Assembly (NCBI GenBank): GCA_963806185.1
Contig: CAWDXE010000007.1
Location: 128,001-192,000 of the forward strand
Source of the DNA: an uncultured candidate division Zixibacteria bacterium
GTDB taxonomy: Bacteria; Zixibacteria; MSB-5A5; GN15; FEB-12
DNA length: 64,000 nt
Reading direction: 5' to 3'
The notes under the pieces were generated by a model. The model had not been told where the DNA came from and did not search any database. It saw nothing but the letters and a program-made list of their open reading frames with translations. A program made the position numbers and the translations under genes. The first letter of the stretch is position 1. Each line of letters opens with the position of its first letter. Positions 53,488 to 64,000 of the stretch are shown here, one piece after another.

Positions 53488-54438
53488 ATGGGGAAAAGTA
53501 AAACAGCGGTCGTCGCCCTGGGCGGCAACGCGATCACCCTGCCGGGTCAGGAAGATACGATTGCCAACCAATTTGCCAACACGCGCAAATCGCTCGACGG
53601 GATCATCGAGCTGGCGCGTGACGGATATCGTTTGGTGGTGACTCACGGCAACGGTCCACAGGTGGGAAATGCCTTGCTGCGCATTGAGCTGGCGCGGGGC
53701 AAAGCCCCGGTGCTGCCGCTCGGCGTCTGTGTTGCCGACACCGAGGGAGGCATGGGGTACATGATCGAGCAATCGCTGCAGAACCGGTTTCGGGTGGAGG
53801 GGATTGACCGGTCGGTGGTGACGATCATCACGCAGATGGTGGTTGATCCGAACGATCCGGCGATTGCGAATCCGACCAAGTATATCGGCCAGTTTTACAC
53901 CGACGGCGAAGCGAAACTGTATTCGGAGACGCGGCAGTGGCAGATGAAACAGGATGCCGATCGCGGTTGGCGTCGCGTGGTGCCGTCACCGGTACCGCAG
54001 AAGGCGATTGAAGGTGACACGATTAAGACGCTGGTTGACGCGGGTGTCGTGGTGATCGCCGGCGGCGGTGGAGGTATTCCCGTGTATGTCGACCATCGCG
54101 GACTGCTGGAGGGGATTGACGCCGTCATCGACAAGGATTTGGCCTCGGCGGTGCTGGGTAACGAGATCGGCGCGGAGATACTCTGTATTCTTACGGGGGT
54201 CGAGAAGGTTGCGCTGAATTTCGGCAAGCCGGAGGAGCAGGAACTGGAAACGGTGAGACTGTCGGAGTTGCGGAAGTATGTGAGCGAGGGTCATTTTCCT
54301 CCGGGGTCGATGGGTCCAAAAATAAACGCCGCGATCAAGTTTCTGGAGGGTGGTGGCGAGATGGTCACCATCACGTCGTTCAAACACGCACGCAATGCGG
54401 TTGCCGGCCGGGCCGGAACGCGCATCGTGCCGGACTGA
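53488..54438 (+). CDS. arcC: Carbamate kinase
   Basis: VALGGNA, THGNGPQVG, NPTKYIG, WRRVVPSP, GGGGIPV, AVIDKD, GSMGPK. Confidence 0.96.
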   Translation: MGKSKTAVVALGGNAITLPGQEDTIANQFANTRKSLDGIIELARDGYRLVVTHGNGPQVGNALLRIELARGKAPVLPLGVCVADTEGGMGYMIEQSLQNRFRVEGIDRSVVTIITQMVVDPNDPAIANPTKYIGQFYTDGEAKLYSETRQWQMKQDADRGWRRVVPSPVPQKAIEGDTIKTLVDAGVVVIAGGGGGIPVYVDHRGLLEGIDAVIDKDLASAVLGNEIGAEILCILTGVEKVALNFGKPEEQELETVRLSELRKYVSEGHFPPGSMGPKINAAIKFLEGGGEMVTITSFKHARNAVAGRAGTRIVPD

Positions 54439-54441
54439 GGT

Positions 54442-55842
54442 ATGTGTACGTTGTCACAAGAGACGGTTGCCGCCATTCGCCGACGCGGGCGCATCTATGA
54501 AGTTGGCGGCGCCGTTCGCGATCGTCTGCTCAACGGGCAGGCGGCGGTGAAGGATCGCGATTACCTCGTGACCGGCATCCCGTATGAAGATCTCACCGAC
54601 ATATTAAAAACCCACGGCCGAGTCGACCTGGTGGGACGGAGTTTCGGCGTTATCAAGTTCACGCAGCACCGGCGTTCCGGGTCGTACACGTTTGATATTG
54701 CTTTGCCGCGGAAGGAACACTCGACGGGCATCGGTCACACCGATTTCGCGGTCGACTTCGATCCGAGTTTGTCGGTAGAGGACGATTTGATCCGCCGGGA
54801 TTTCACGGTCAACGCGATGGCGTATGAACTGGAGACTGAGCATCTGGTCGATCCGCTCGGCGGCCAGATCGATCTGCAGAAACGGCAGTTGCGGATGACG
54901 TCGGCGTCGTCCTTTGAAGAGGACCCGCTGCGGATGTTGCGGGCGGTACAATTCGCAGCCCGATTCGAATTTCTGATCGAGCCGGATACGTTTGCGGCCA
55001 TGCGCAAATTTGCGCCGCTCATTGCGACGGTCTCGGCAGAACGGGTGAACGAGGAATTGAATAAGTTGTTGCTTTCGGCCAAGGAACCGTCGCACGGATT
55101 CCGGCTGATGGAAACGTCGGGTCTATTGCGGCAGGTGCTGCCGGAGCTGCAAGCGTGTGTGGGCGTGACCCAACCGGGGCCGTACCACAAGTATGACGTG
55201 TTTGAACACACGATGCATGTTGTCGATGCCGCGAAGCCGAGTTTGCGGCTGCGGCTGGCCTGCCTGTTCCATGATATTCGCAAGCCGCAGTCACGCCGAG
55301 TCATCGACGACGGCAAGGCGGCCACGTTCTACGGTCACGAGGTGATCGGTGCGCGGGCGGCACAGGAGGTGATGGTACGGCTGCGGTATCCGAGGGAACT
55401 CACGCAGGAGGTCTGCACGCTGGTCGAGCGGCACATGTTCACCACCGACGTCACTGACAAGGGGCTGCGCCGCTTGGTGAAGCGAGTGGGCGTGCCGCTG
55501 ATTTTCGACCTGCTCGATCTGCGCCGGGCCGACGTGATCGGACAGGGGATGAGTGGACGCACGGACGACGTGGACCGGTTCGAGAATGAAATCAAGGACG
55601 AACTGGCGAAGCGACCACCGTTCGGCTACGGCGACCTGGCGCTCAAGGGTAACGATATCATGCAGATGTTCAGCCTGACGCCCAGTCCGCTGGTCGGGAA
55701 GATACTTGAGTATCTGCTCGAGCGGGCGCTGGACGATCCGAACGATAACACCCGCGAGAAGATGGAAGCACACGCGCGCGACGCCTATGCGCAATTCAGG
55801 GAATCAATGATTGATCATAGAACCAAGGAACCAAAAGAATGA
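54442..55842 (+). CDS. CCA-adding tRNA nucleotidyltransferase / poly(A) polymerase family with HD domain
   Basis: EVGGAVRD, DRD, RRDFTVNAMA, EDPLRMLRAVQF, ACLFHDIRKP, FYGHE. Confidence 0.92.
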   Translation: MCTLSQETVAAIRRRGRIYEVGGAVRDRLLNGQAAVKDRDYLVTGIPYEDLTDILKTHGRVDLVGRSFGVIKFTQHRRSGSYTFDIALPRKEHSTGIGHTDFAVDFDPSLSVEDDLIRRDFTVNAMAYELETEHLVDPLGGQIDLQKRQLRMTSASSFEEDPLRMLRAVQFAARFEFLIEPDTFAAMRKFAPLIATVSAERVNEELNKLLLSAKEPSHGFRLMETSGLLRQVLPELQACVGVTQPGPYHKYDVFEHTMHVVDAAKPSLRLRLACLFHDIRKPQSRRVIDDGKAATFYGHEVIGARAAQEVMVRLRYPRELTQEVCTLVERHMFTTDVTDKGLRRLVKRVGVPLIFDLLDLRRADVIGQGMSGRTDDVDRFENEIKDELAKRPPFGYGDLALKGNDIMQMFSLTPSPLVGKILEYLLERALDDPNDNTREKMEAHARDAYAQFRESMIDHRTKEPKE

Positions 55843-56978
55843 AAGTTCACGAATATCAGGCGAAGGAGCTGTTCGGTCGGGCTGGTATCCCGATTCCACA
55901 GGGAGACGTGGCCACCAATGCCGCGGAGGCGCGCGAGATCGCCATCCGATTTGCCAAGCCGGTGATGGTGAAGTCACAGGTGCACGTCGGTGGTCGCGGC
56001 AAAGCGGGTGGCATCAAGTATGCCGAAAACGCCGAAGCGGCTCAGGTGCTTGCCCAGAAGATCATCGGCATGGAGATCAAGGGGCTGATAGTCAAGAAAG
56101 TGCTGGTGACGGTGGCCGAGGATATTTTGTCCGAAGCGTACGTCGGCATCATTCTCGATCGGGCCACCAAGAAACCGGTGATCATTGTTTCGCCCGCCGG
56201 TGGTATCGATATCGAAGAAGTGGCGGCCAAGACGCCGAACAAGATTTTCAAGCTGTATGTCGACCCGGTCGTGGGTCTGAAGTCGTTCCAGGCGCGCAAT
56301 CTGGCGTATAAGCTGTATCGCGACATCAACCAGGTCCGTCAGGCGGCTGACATTATCATGAAGCTGTACGACCTGTTCTGGCAGTGTGACGCGTCATTGA
56401 TTGAGATCAACCCGCTGGTGACGACGCCGGGTGGGAGGATCATTGCGCTGGATGCGAAGCTGAATATCGACGACAACGCGCTGTTCCGGCAAGCGGAGAT
56501 TGCGGCGATGCGCGATCTGGACGCCGAGGATCCGGCTGAGGTGAAAGCACGCGAAGCCGACCTTTCGTTCGTGAAGCTGGACGGCAGTATCGGGTGTATC
56601 GTCAATGGCGCCGGTCTGGCTATGGCGACGATGGACCTGGTGAAGCGGTACGGCGGCGAGCCGGCCAACTTTCTCGATATCGGCGGTTCGTCGAACCCGC
56701 AGAAAGTGGTAACGGCGCTGCAGATTATACTCTCGGATCCGAACGTAAAGTCCGTGCTAATCAATATTTTCGGCGGCATCACGCGGTGCGACGATGTCGC
56801 GACGGGTATTGTCACGGCGATCGATCAGCTCAAGCCGAAAGTGCCGATTGTGGTTCGGTTGACCGGCACCAACGAAAGAGAAGCCCAGAAGATCCTGGCA
56901 GGCGTGAAGCTCCCGTCGGCGGACACGCTTGACAACGTCGTAAAGAAGGCGATTGAACTGGCGCAGGCTGAGGCGTAG
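55839..56978 (+). CDS. sucC: Succinyl-CoA ligase (ADP-forming) beta subunit
   Basis: [55 protein letters not shown]. Confidence 0.97.
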   Translation: MKVHEYQAKELFGRAGIPIPQGDVATNAAEAREIAIRFAKPVMVKSQVHVGGRGKAGGIKYAENAEAAQVLAQKIIGMEIKGLIVKKVLVTVAEDILSEAYVGIILDRATKKPVIIVSPAGGIDIEEVAAKTPNKIFKLYVDPVVGLKSFQARNLAYKLYRDINQVRQAADIIMKLYDLFWQCDASLIEINPLVTTPGGRIIALDAKLNIDDNALFRQAEIAAMRDLDAEDPAEVKAREADLSFVKLDGSIGCIVNGAGLAMATMDLVKRYGGEPANFLDIGGSSNPQKVVTALQIILSDPNVKSVLINIFGGITRCDDVATGIVTAIDQLKPKVPIVVRLTGTNEREAQKILAGVKLPSADTLDNVVKKAIELAQAEA

Positions 56979-56991
56979 GAAAGGGGCGGAT

Positions 56992-57984
56992 ATGGCAATA
57001 TTCATCGACAAGAAGACAAAACTTCTGGTGCAGGGCATCACCGGTCGGGACGGCGGATTTCATGCGGACCAGATGAAAAAATACGGTACGACAGTAGTTG
57101 GCGGCGTGACGCCCGGCAAGGGCGGATCGAAAGTCCATGGCATTCCGGTGTTCAACACGATGGAAGAAGCGGTGGCGGAGACCGGCGCGAATACGTCGGT
57201 AATCTACGTGCCACCGGCGTTCGCAGTGGACGCGATCTACGAAGCGGTCGATGCCGGCATCAAGTTGGTCGTCTGCATCACCGAAGGCGTGCCCGCGAAC
57301 GATATGATGAAGGTATATCCGTACGTCAGAGCGAAGGGCGCCCGCCTTATCGGACCGAACTGTCCCGGACTGATCTCACCGGAACTCTGCAAGGTCGGAA
57401 TCCTGCCGGGGATGATCGTGAAGAAGGGGCATGTCGGCGTGGTTTCCCGCTCCGGCACGTTGACATACGAAGCGATCTGGGCGCTTACGCTGGCCGGCAT
57501 GGGTCAATCGACCTGTATCGGCATCGGCGGCGATCAGGTTATCGGCACGAATTTTATCGACTGTCTCGAGGCATTTCAGGCTGATCCGCAAACCAACGCG
57601 ATTGTCATGATCGGCGAAATCGGCGGTTCGGACGAAGAAGTGGCCGCTGAGTATATCAAGAAGCATGTGACCAAACCGGTGGTATCGTTTATCGCCGGTC
57701 AGACGGCTCCACCCGGAAAGCGGATGGGGCATGCAGGGGCAATCATTTCAGGTGGTTCTGGTACCGCCGAAGGGAAGCTCAGGGCGCTGACTGCGGCCGG
57801 CATACCGGTCGCCGGATCGCCGACCGAGATTCCGCGGCTCATCGTGGAACAGTTCAAAAAGAAGTCGGCAAAAGCCAAGCCGGCAAAACCCAAAGCGGCC
57901 AAAGTGAAGCCGACCGCAAAGGCGAAGGCCAAACCGTCAACGGCGACCAAGAAGGCGGTGAAGCCCGCCAAAAAGAGAAAGTAA
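56992..57984 (+). CDS. sucD: Succinyl-CoA ligase alpha subunit with Lys/Ala-rich C-terminal tail
   Basis: [46 protein letters not shown]. Confidence 0.97.
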   Translation: MAIFIDKKTKLLVQGITGRDGGFHADQMKKYGTTVVGGVTPGKGGSKVHGIPVFNTMEEAVAETGANTSVIYVPPAFAVDAIYEAVDAGIKLVVCITEGVPANDMMKVYPYVRAKGARLIGPNCPGLISPELCKVGILPGMIVKKGHVGVVSRSGTLTYEAIWALTLAGMGQSTCIGIGGDQVIGTNFIDCLEAFQADPQTNAIVMIGEIGGSDEEVAAEYIKKHVTKPVVSFIAGQTAPPGKRMGHAGAIISGGSGTAEGKLRALTAAGIPVAGSPTEIPRLIVEQFKKKSAKAKPAKPKAAKVKPTAKAKAKPSTATKKAVKPAKKRK

Positions 57985-58036
57985 TGAATGCCGGGACAAC
58001 CGGGCAGGATATTCGATACCGGGCCGAGGAGAATGT

Positions 58037-58300
58037 ATGAGTGAAACAGCCAGGGCCGGCGATGCCGCAGCGACACCGTCGACCAAACAGAAGATCCAGT
58101 ATTCGAAAGACAATTTGCCGCTGGCGATCAATCTGAGCTGGTGCAAGGCGTGCAATCTGTGCATCGCGTTGTGTCCGACCCAGGTGTTTGAGCCCGACCG
58201 CGACGGCAAGCCGATCCAGGCCCGGCCGGAAGCATGCACGCAGTGTACGATTTGCTGGGTGCATTGTCCCGACTTCGCCATAACCTCGAGATTCAAGTAG
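58037..58300 (+). CDS. korD: 2[4Fe-4S] ferredoxin, delta subunit of 2-oxoacid:ferredoxin oxidoreductase
   Basis: CKACNLCIALCP and CTQCTICWVHCPDFAI. Confidence 0.88.
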   Translation: MSETARAGDAAATPSTKQKIQYSKDNLPLAINLSWCKACNLCIALCPTQVFEPDRDGKPIQARPEACTQCTICWVHCPDFAITSRFK

Positions 58301-58311
58301 GAAACCCTGCA

Positions 58312-59449
58312 ATGGCACAAAAAGTACGACGTCTGATGCAGGGGAATATCGCGTGTGTGCAGGGCGCTTTGTACGCCGGCATGCGCTTTTTCGCCGGATA
58401 CCCGATCACGCCCTCGACCGAGGTGGCTGAGGGGAGCGCGCGCGAACTGCCCAAGATCGGCGGTCGCTTCATCCAGATGGAAGACGAGATCGCTTCGATC
58501 GCGGCAGTGGTCGGCGCTTCCGTTTCCGGATTGAAGTCGATGACCGCGACCTCCGGGCCGGGATATTCCCTGATGCTTGAAAATATCGGTTATGCCTACA
58601 TGACCGAGACGCCCTGCGTGGTTGTCAACGTTCAGCGCGGCGGGCCGTCGACCGGCCTGCCGACCAAAGTGTCGCAGTCCGACACGATGCAGGCCCGCTG
58701 GGGCACGCACGGCGACTATACTGCCATCGCGGTGGCGCCGTCGACTGTCGGCGACACGGTCACCGAGACTATTCGCGCTTTCAATCTGGCCGAGCGATTC
58801 CGAACGCCGGTGACGATTCTGCTTGATGAAGTGATCGGGCATATGCGGGAGTTGATTACGCTACCGGAACCGGGTGAGTGTCCGAGTGTTCGATCGGGTG
58901 AAGCCGACGGCTCCGCCGGACAGATTCGTCCCGTTTGAATTCACGCCGAATTACGTGTCGCCGATGCCGGCGTACGGCGAAGGATACCGGTACAACGTGA
59001 CCGGCCTGACGCACGATCCAATGGGCTTCACAACGAATCGGGCGGACGAGATTTTTCCGAAGCTGGATAAGCTCAAAAGGAAGATTGAACTCTACACCGA
59101 CGAAATCGTCAAGCTTCGCGTCGAACATATGGACGATGCTGAGATAGCTTTTATCAGCTACGGTACCGTCTCCCGCGCCGCCCTGCAGGCGACCTCACTG
59201 GCACGTCAGGCGGGCGTCAAAGTCGGGACCATTCAGCTCTACACGATCTGGCCGTTCCCGGATAAGCAGTTGATCGAGCTGTGCTCGCGCTGCCGGGCGG
59301 TCATCGTTGGCGAGCTGAATATGGGGCAGATCGTGACCGAAGTGCAGCGGGTCCTGCCGCGAGAGATCAGGATTCACCAGATAAATCGATACGACGGTGA
59401 AATACTCACGCCGATGCAACTGCTGGAGAAGCTGGAGGAGGTGCTCTGA
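58312..59449 (+). CDS. korA: 2-oxoglutarate(2-oxoacid):ferredoxin oxidoreductase alpha subunit (+1 frameshift at ~58879)
   Basis: FAGYPITPSTE, QMEDE, TATSGPG, VQRGGPSTGLPT; continues as VTGLTHD...ELNMGQ in the next frame. Confidence 0.9.
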
Positions 59450-60298
59450 TGGCTACTGTAGAAAAACAGAAATCTGACGTGATGCTGCAGTACCTGCGGC
59501 CGAAGAAGAAATTCCCGTCCGTCTGGTGTCCGGGGTGTGGGAACGGGATCGTGCAGGGTGCACTTATCCGGGCGATCGACAAACTGGGGTTGTCACCGCG
59601 ACAACGTCGCGCTGGTGTCCGGTATCGGCTGTTCGAGTCGCTTGCCGGTCTATCTTGATTTCAATTCGCTGCACACGACGCACGGTCGGGCGCTGGCCTT
59701 TGCCACCGGTGTGAAGTTCGCTCAGCCGCACATGAAAGTGATCGTCATCACCGGTGACGGCGACGCCCTGGCGATCGGCGGCAATCATTTCATTCATGCC
59801 TGCCGTCGGAATATTGATATCACAACGATTCTGATCAACAACTTCATCTATGGTATGACCGGCGGGCAGGGATCACCGACCACGCCGGCCGGGGCGAATT
59901 CGACGACCACGCCGTACGGTAATGTTGAGAAGCAGTTCAACCCGTGTGGACTGGCACAGGCGGCGGGAGCGTCGTTTGTCGGACGTACAACGGTGTTTCA
60001 CACTCCGCAGATGGAGAAGATGATCATGGCGGCGATCGAGCACAAAGGGTTCTCGCTTGTCGAGGTGATTGCCAATTGCCACACCTATTTCGGTCGTTTG
60101 AACAAGCAGGGTGACGCGGTGGCAATGATCAACCAGTTCAAGGAGAACGCGGTGCTCTCCGGCAAAGCCGCGACCATGCCGCCCGATGAATTGAAGGGGA
60201 AGTGGGTCATTGGGACTCTCCATCAGGACAAGCAGATCACCGAATTCTGTGATGAGTATCAGAAGACGGTCGATGCCCAGATGGGAGGGAAGAAGTAA
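59449..60298 (+). CDS. korB: 2-oxoacid:ferredoxin oxidoreductase beta subunit (+1 frameshift at ~59596)
   Basis: WCPGCG, then SGIGCS, HTTHGRA, GDGD...NNFIYGMTGGQ TPP motif. Confidence 0.9.
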
Positions 60299-60870
60299 TG
60301 GCCAAATTCCTCGACAGAGTGAAGGTGCCCGCGGATCGTTTTGAAATTCGTCTTTCGGGCTCCGGTGGTCAGGGGATGATTCTGGCCGCCGTGATTTTCG
60401 GCGAGGCGATCGGACGCGGGTCGGAGAAGAACGTCGTGCAGAGCCAGTCGTACGGTCCGGAAGCGCGCGGCGGGGCGTCGAAGGCGGACGTGGTCGTCTC
60501 GACCGACGAGATTTACTACCCCAAGGCGATGCAACTCGACCTGCTTCTGGCCATGACCCAGGAGGCGCTCGACAGTTACTTCTCGTATCTGAAGCCGAAC
60601 GGGATTCTGATCATCGACGACGTCTTGGTAACGAATATCCCGACGGATAACTACTACGGCCTGCCGTTTACGCGGTTGGCGCGTGAAGAGGCGGGCCATG
60701 TCATGGTGGCGAATGTGATCGCGCTGGGAGCGATTGCCGCCCTGACGAACGTGGTGAGCAAGGAAGCGCTCACCGAGGCAGTCGTGGCGCGCGCGCCGCG
60801 CGGCACGGAAGATAAAAACCGGAAGGCGGTCGAGATCGGTTTCCGGGAAGCACTGAAGATCAAGAAGTAG
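60298..60870 (+). CDS. korC: 2-oxoacid:ferredoxin oxidoreductase gamma subunit
   Basis: GSGGQG, SYGPEARGG, NVIALGA. Confidence 0.9.
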   Translation: MAKFLDRVKVPADRFEIRLSGSGGQGMILAAVIFGEAIGRGSEKNVVQSQSYGPEARGGASKADVVVSTDEIYYPKAMQLDLLLAMTQEALDSYFSYLKPNGILIIDDVLVTNIPTDNYYGLPFTRLAREEAGHVMVANVIALGAIAALTNVVSKEALTEAVVARAPRGTEDKNRKAVEIGFREALKIKK

Positions 60871-60886
60871 TTAATAGAGGAGTGGC

Positions 60887-61285
60887 ATGAGCAAATCTTT
60901 GCTGATCATAAAGCCGAATGCGGTAGCGAAGAACAAGATCGGACATGTGATTAATCGGCTGGAAGACGCCCGGTACAAGATTGTCGAGATGCAGTTGATG
61001 GAGCTGACCGAACAGCAGGCTCGCCAGTTTTATGCCGTGCACGAGGGGAAGCCGTTCTTGAACGACCTGGTCAAGTTCATGACGTCGGGTCCGGTGGTGC
61101 CGATGGCGGTGGAGAAGGAAAACGCTGTCGAGGATCTTCGCGCATTAGTCGGGGCAACCGACCCCAAGAAGGCGGCGTGCGGGACGATTCGTTTCGAAAT
61201 CGGCGATGATATCGAGAAGAATGCGGTGCATGCGTCCGATTCTGACGAGAACGCCGCGAAGGAGATTAAGTTCTTTTTCGGGTGA
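60887..61285 (+). CDS. ndk: Nucleoside diphosphate kinase
   Basis: IIKPNAV, FYAVHEGKPF, GATDP, GTIR, NAVHASDS. Confidence 0.97.
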   Translation: MSKSLLIIKPNAVAKNKIGHVINRLEDARYKIVEMQLMELTEQQARQFYAVHEGKPFLNDLVKFMTSGPVVPMAVEKENAVEDLRALVGATDPKKAACGTIRFEIGDDIEKNAVHASDSDENAAKEIKFFFG

Positions 61286-61330
61286 GAATGTGTGGGAACG
61301 AATAGCACATAGGATGAGAATGCCGAGTAC

Positions 61331-62561
61331 ATGAATGTAACATTGGCATATGGTCAGGGGAAACTGGAGATTCCAATACCGACCGCGGCGGTTGTCGATA
61401 CCTTCGCACCGACCGAATCCGGCCCGGAGATAACCTTTGCCGATTTTCAGTCTCGCCTCGCCGCGGCCAAAGCGGACGCGTTCTTCGCGGCCCATCGTCA
61501 CCCTCTGTTTCTCGTCAATGACGGGTACCGGCACACGCCGACAGCCCGCGTGCTCGAATGGCTCGACCAACTCTATCCCGATCTGATTGAACGATCCACG
61601 TATGGCATTGCGACCGGCGCCCACGAGGCACCGTCGGTCAAACATCTTCAGACAATCTTCGGCAGGTATCTTCCGCGCGTGGCGGATAACATCTGGCACC
61701 ATGACGCGCGCGACAAATCGTCGATGGTCGAAGTGGGCATCGATTCCTTTGGCGCGCCTGTCTATTTGAACAAACACTACTTCCAGGCCAAACAGGTGGT
61801 GGTTATCGGCTCGGTGGAGCCGCACTATTTCGCCGGATTTACCGGCGGGCGCAAGGCGCTCTGCCCGGGCATAGCCGACCTGGCCACGACCGAGCGCAAC
61901 CACAACATGGCCAATTCGCTGGAGTGCCGGCCGATGCGACTGGAGGGGAATCCGGTGGCGGAGCATCTTCAGGCCATGGTCGACCTCATTCGCACGGATC
62001 ACATCCTGTCCATACAGCTGGTAGCCGACTCGGGCGGCCGAGTGTCCGGCTTGCATTGCGGTTCACTGCGAGATTCGTTTCTCGAGGCGTGCACATCGTC
62101 GCGTGCGATGTTTGGTCGAACGATAGCCGATCGGTATGACATCGTTTTAGCCGAACTTCTGCCGCCGCTCGATCTGAACTTGTACCAGGCGCAGAAAGCG
62201 CTGGAGAATTGTCGGGAAGGAGTCAAGGACGGTGGGGGCGTGTGTCGTTGTGGCCGCCTGCGCGCAGGGAATCGGGTCGGAACACTATGCCAGGCTGGCC
62301 GAGAATTGGGACGAGGAGAAGAACGAGCCGAAGGACGGAGTGCACCGGTTTGGCTCGCACAAGCTGTCGCGCGTCAATGCGCTTTCACGCCGGATTGACG
62401 TACGTATCCATTCGACGATGGCTGAGGCCGACGTCCGCAAGGTGTTCTATACGCCGTGCCCGGATATCGGGACGTATATCGAAGAAAAGACTAAAGGAAA
62501 TAAATCATGCCGCATCGCGGTCGTGCACGACGCCGGCCATACGGTGCTGCAAATGGCATAA
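61331..62561 (+). CDS. LarA-superfamily (nickel-pincer) racemase/epimerase (+1 frameshift in the G-run at ~62235)
   Basis: LAYG N-terminus, ATGAH, HHDAR, VEPHYFAGFTGGRKALCPG, NH, GNPV, NLYQAQKAL, ACAQGIG. Confidence 0.85.
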
Positions 62562-62601
62562 TCAATGCTGAGTAATACAATACACTACTTAGGAGAGTTG
62601 T

Positions 62602-63528
62602 ATGAATAAGAAAATTGCCGTCATCGGCGCTGGTAATGTAGGCGCAAGCTGCGCCCTGTATCTCGCGGAAGCGAACTTCGCGGATGTCGTACTTGTCGAC
62701 GTCATCGAGGGTGTCCCGCAGGGCAAGGCGCTCGATCTGTCGCAGGCCGGCCCGGTGCGGCGCTACAATGCGATGGTCACCGGAACCAACGATTACAAAG
62801 ACATCGCTGGAGCGGATATTGTCGTTATGACCGCCGGTCTGGCTCGCAAGCCGGGAATGACCCGCGAGGATCTGCTGATCAAGAACGCCGAGATCGTCGG
62901 CATGGCGGCGGAGAACATCAAGAAGTACGCCCCCAATGCCTATGTGCTCGTGGTGTCCAATCCGCTCGATCTGATGACGTTCCACATGTTCAAGAAGACC
63001 GGCTTCGCGCAGAACAAGGTGTTCGGCCAGGCGGGCGTGCTGGATTCGATCCGGTTCCGCACGTTTGTCGCGATGGAACTGGGCGTGGCGATGACCGACA
63101 TCCAGGCGATGGTGCTCGGCGGCCACGGCGACACCATGGTACCGCTGCCGCGCTACACGACGGTGGCCGGTATTCCGATTGCCGAACTGATTTCGAACGA
63201 ACGGATCGACGCGATCTGTGCCCGCACCGCTGACGGTGGCGGCGAAATCGTGAGACTGCTCAAGACCGGTTCGGCGTTTTACGCTCCGGCGGCGGCATCG
63301 GTCGATATGGTCCGCGCGGTATTCAACGATGAAAAGCGTGTCCTGGCGGCGTCGGCCTGGCTGACCGGCCAGTACGGCATCAAGGATATCTACATCGGCG
63401 TGCCGGTGGTGTTGGGCGCCAAGGGCGTGGAGAAGATTCTCGAACTGAAACTCGACAAAGCCGAACTGGATGCGCTGCAGAAATCGGCCGCGACCTATAA
63501 AGAACATCTCAAGATCATGGGTTACTAA
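62602..63528 (+). CDS. mdh: Malate dehydrogenase (LDH-like)
   Basis: GAGNVG, GKALD, ARKPGMTREDL, SNPLD, GVLDSIRF, LGGHGD, GSAFYAPA. Confidence 0.96.
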   Translation: MNKKIAVIGAGNVGASCALYLAEANFADVVLVDVIEGVPQGKALDLSQAGPVRRYNAMVTGTNDYKDIAGADIVVMTAGLARKPGMTREDLLIKNAEIVGMAAENIKKYAPNAYVLVVSNPLDLMTFHMFKKTGFAQNKVFGQAGVLDSIRFRTFVAMELGVAMTDIQAMVLGGHGDTMVPLPRYTTVAGIPIAELISNERIDAICARTADGGGEIVRLLKTGSAFYAPAAASVDMVRAVFNDEKRVLAASAWLTGQYGIKDIYIGVPVVLGAKGVEKILELKLDKAELDALQKSAATYKEHLKIMGY

Positions 63529-63538
63529 GGAACGGTGT

Positions 63539-64000
63539 ATGGCAAAGTACAAACATATTCGCATTCCTGAAGGCGGTGAAACGATCACCGTCAAGAACAA
63601 GAAGCTGGTCATCCCGGACAAGCCGATCATCCCGGTTATCGAGGGTGACGGCATCGGCAAGGACATCATGACCGCAACGCGCCGGGTCGTCGACGCCGCC
63701 GTGGAGAAGGCCTACGGTGGGAAGAAGAAGATCGCCTGGATGGACATCTACGCCGGCGACAAGGCTTCCGAGCTGTACGGCGAGGTGGCTGCCGAAGGAG
63801 ACGATCGACGCGATCAAGAAATACTATGTCGCTCTCAAGGGGCCGCTGACCACGCCGGTCGGCGGCGGTTTCCGGTCGCTCAATGTCACGATGCGCCAGG
63901 TGATGAACCTGTACGCCTGCGTGCGTCCGGTGCGGTATTTCAAGGGAGTCGGCTCGCCGGTAGTGCATCCGGAGAGGCTGAATGTGGTCATCTTCCGCGA
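63539..64000 (+). CDS. icd: NADP-dependent isocitrate dehydrogenase, partial (runs off the window; +1 frameshift at ~63784)
   Basis: Manual translation [13 protein letters not shown]...[12 protein letters not shown]..., then [10 protein letters not shown]...[17 protein letters not shown]...[13 protein letters not shown]. Confidence 0.93.
   Translation, partial: MAKYKHIRIPEGGETITVKNKKLVIPDKPIIPVIEGDGIGKDIMTATRRVVDAAVEKAYGGKKKIAWMDIYAGDKASELYGEVAAEGDDRRDQEILCRSQGAADHAGRRRFPVAQCHDAPGDEPVRLRASGAVFQGSRLAGSASGEAECGHLPR

Noticed and set aside
62491..63669. Long antisense ORFs (392 aa here; also 3658-4458, 11365-12213, 57937-58842, 61145-62056)
   Set aside because: Shadow frames opposite well-supported genes, expected from GC-rich codon usage
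40411..64000. Programmed ribosomal frameshifting or mass pseudogenisation
   Set aside because: No shared slippery motif; the affected genes are otherwise intact core enzymes; the pattern fits sequencing error

Overview
Window from a GC-rich FCB-group bacterium. The Cys-bracketed dockerin-like C-termini and the FlgD/T9SS-type sorting tail are typical of Candidatus Zixibacteria (inferred from protein style, not from a search). Four zones. (1) 1-7.6 kb: gdhA and an orphan NarL-type regulator embedded among PPDK-N (ATP-grasp) homologues. (2) 8.4-13.3 kb: a PAS-LuxR / porin / MCP unit. (3) 13.5-37.1 kb: an accessory island of four very large secreted proteins (a dockerin+cohesin-like scaffold candidate, an HExxH metallopeptidase, a C25 gingipain-like protease and a domain-swapped papain-like paralogue). 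It is punctuated by three copies of a non-coding element, two of which end in a tRNA-3'-like core. It closes with an ECF sigma / zinc-finger membrane anti-sigma pair facing a signal-peptide-bearing TPR-CHAT (caspase-like) protease, and a decayed copy of the sigma 5' region lies inside it. (4) 37.3-64 kb: mixed accessory genes (OPT transporter, PNGase F-like, degenerate AsnB-like) followed by a central-metabolism gene run (ALDH, ArcE-like arginine synthetase, arcC, CCA enzyme, sucCD, korDABC, ndk, LarA-like racemase, mdh, icd). Eight genes carry frameshifts, nearly all +1 and mostly in short homopolymers, best explained as sequencing or assembly errors. No rRNA, intact tRNA, CRISPR array, transposase or integrase was recognised. 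All family calls are from reading motifs by eye; no searches were run.
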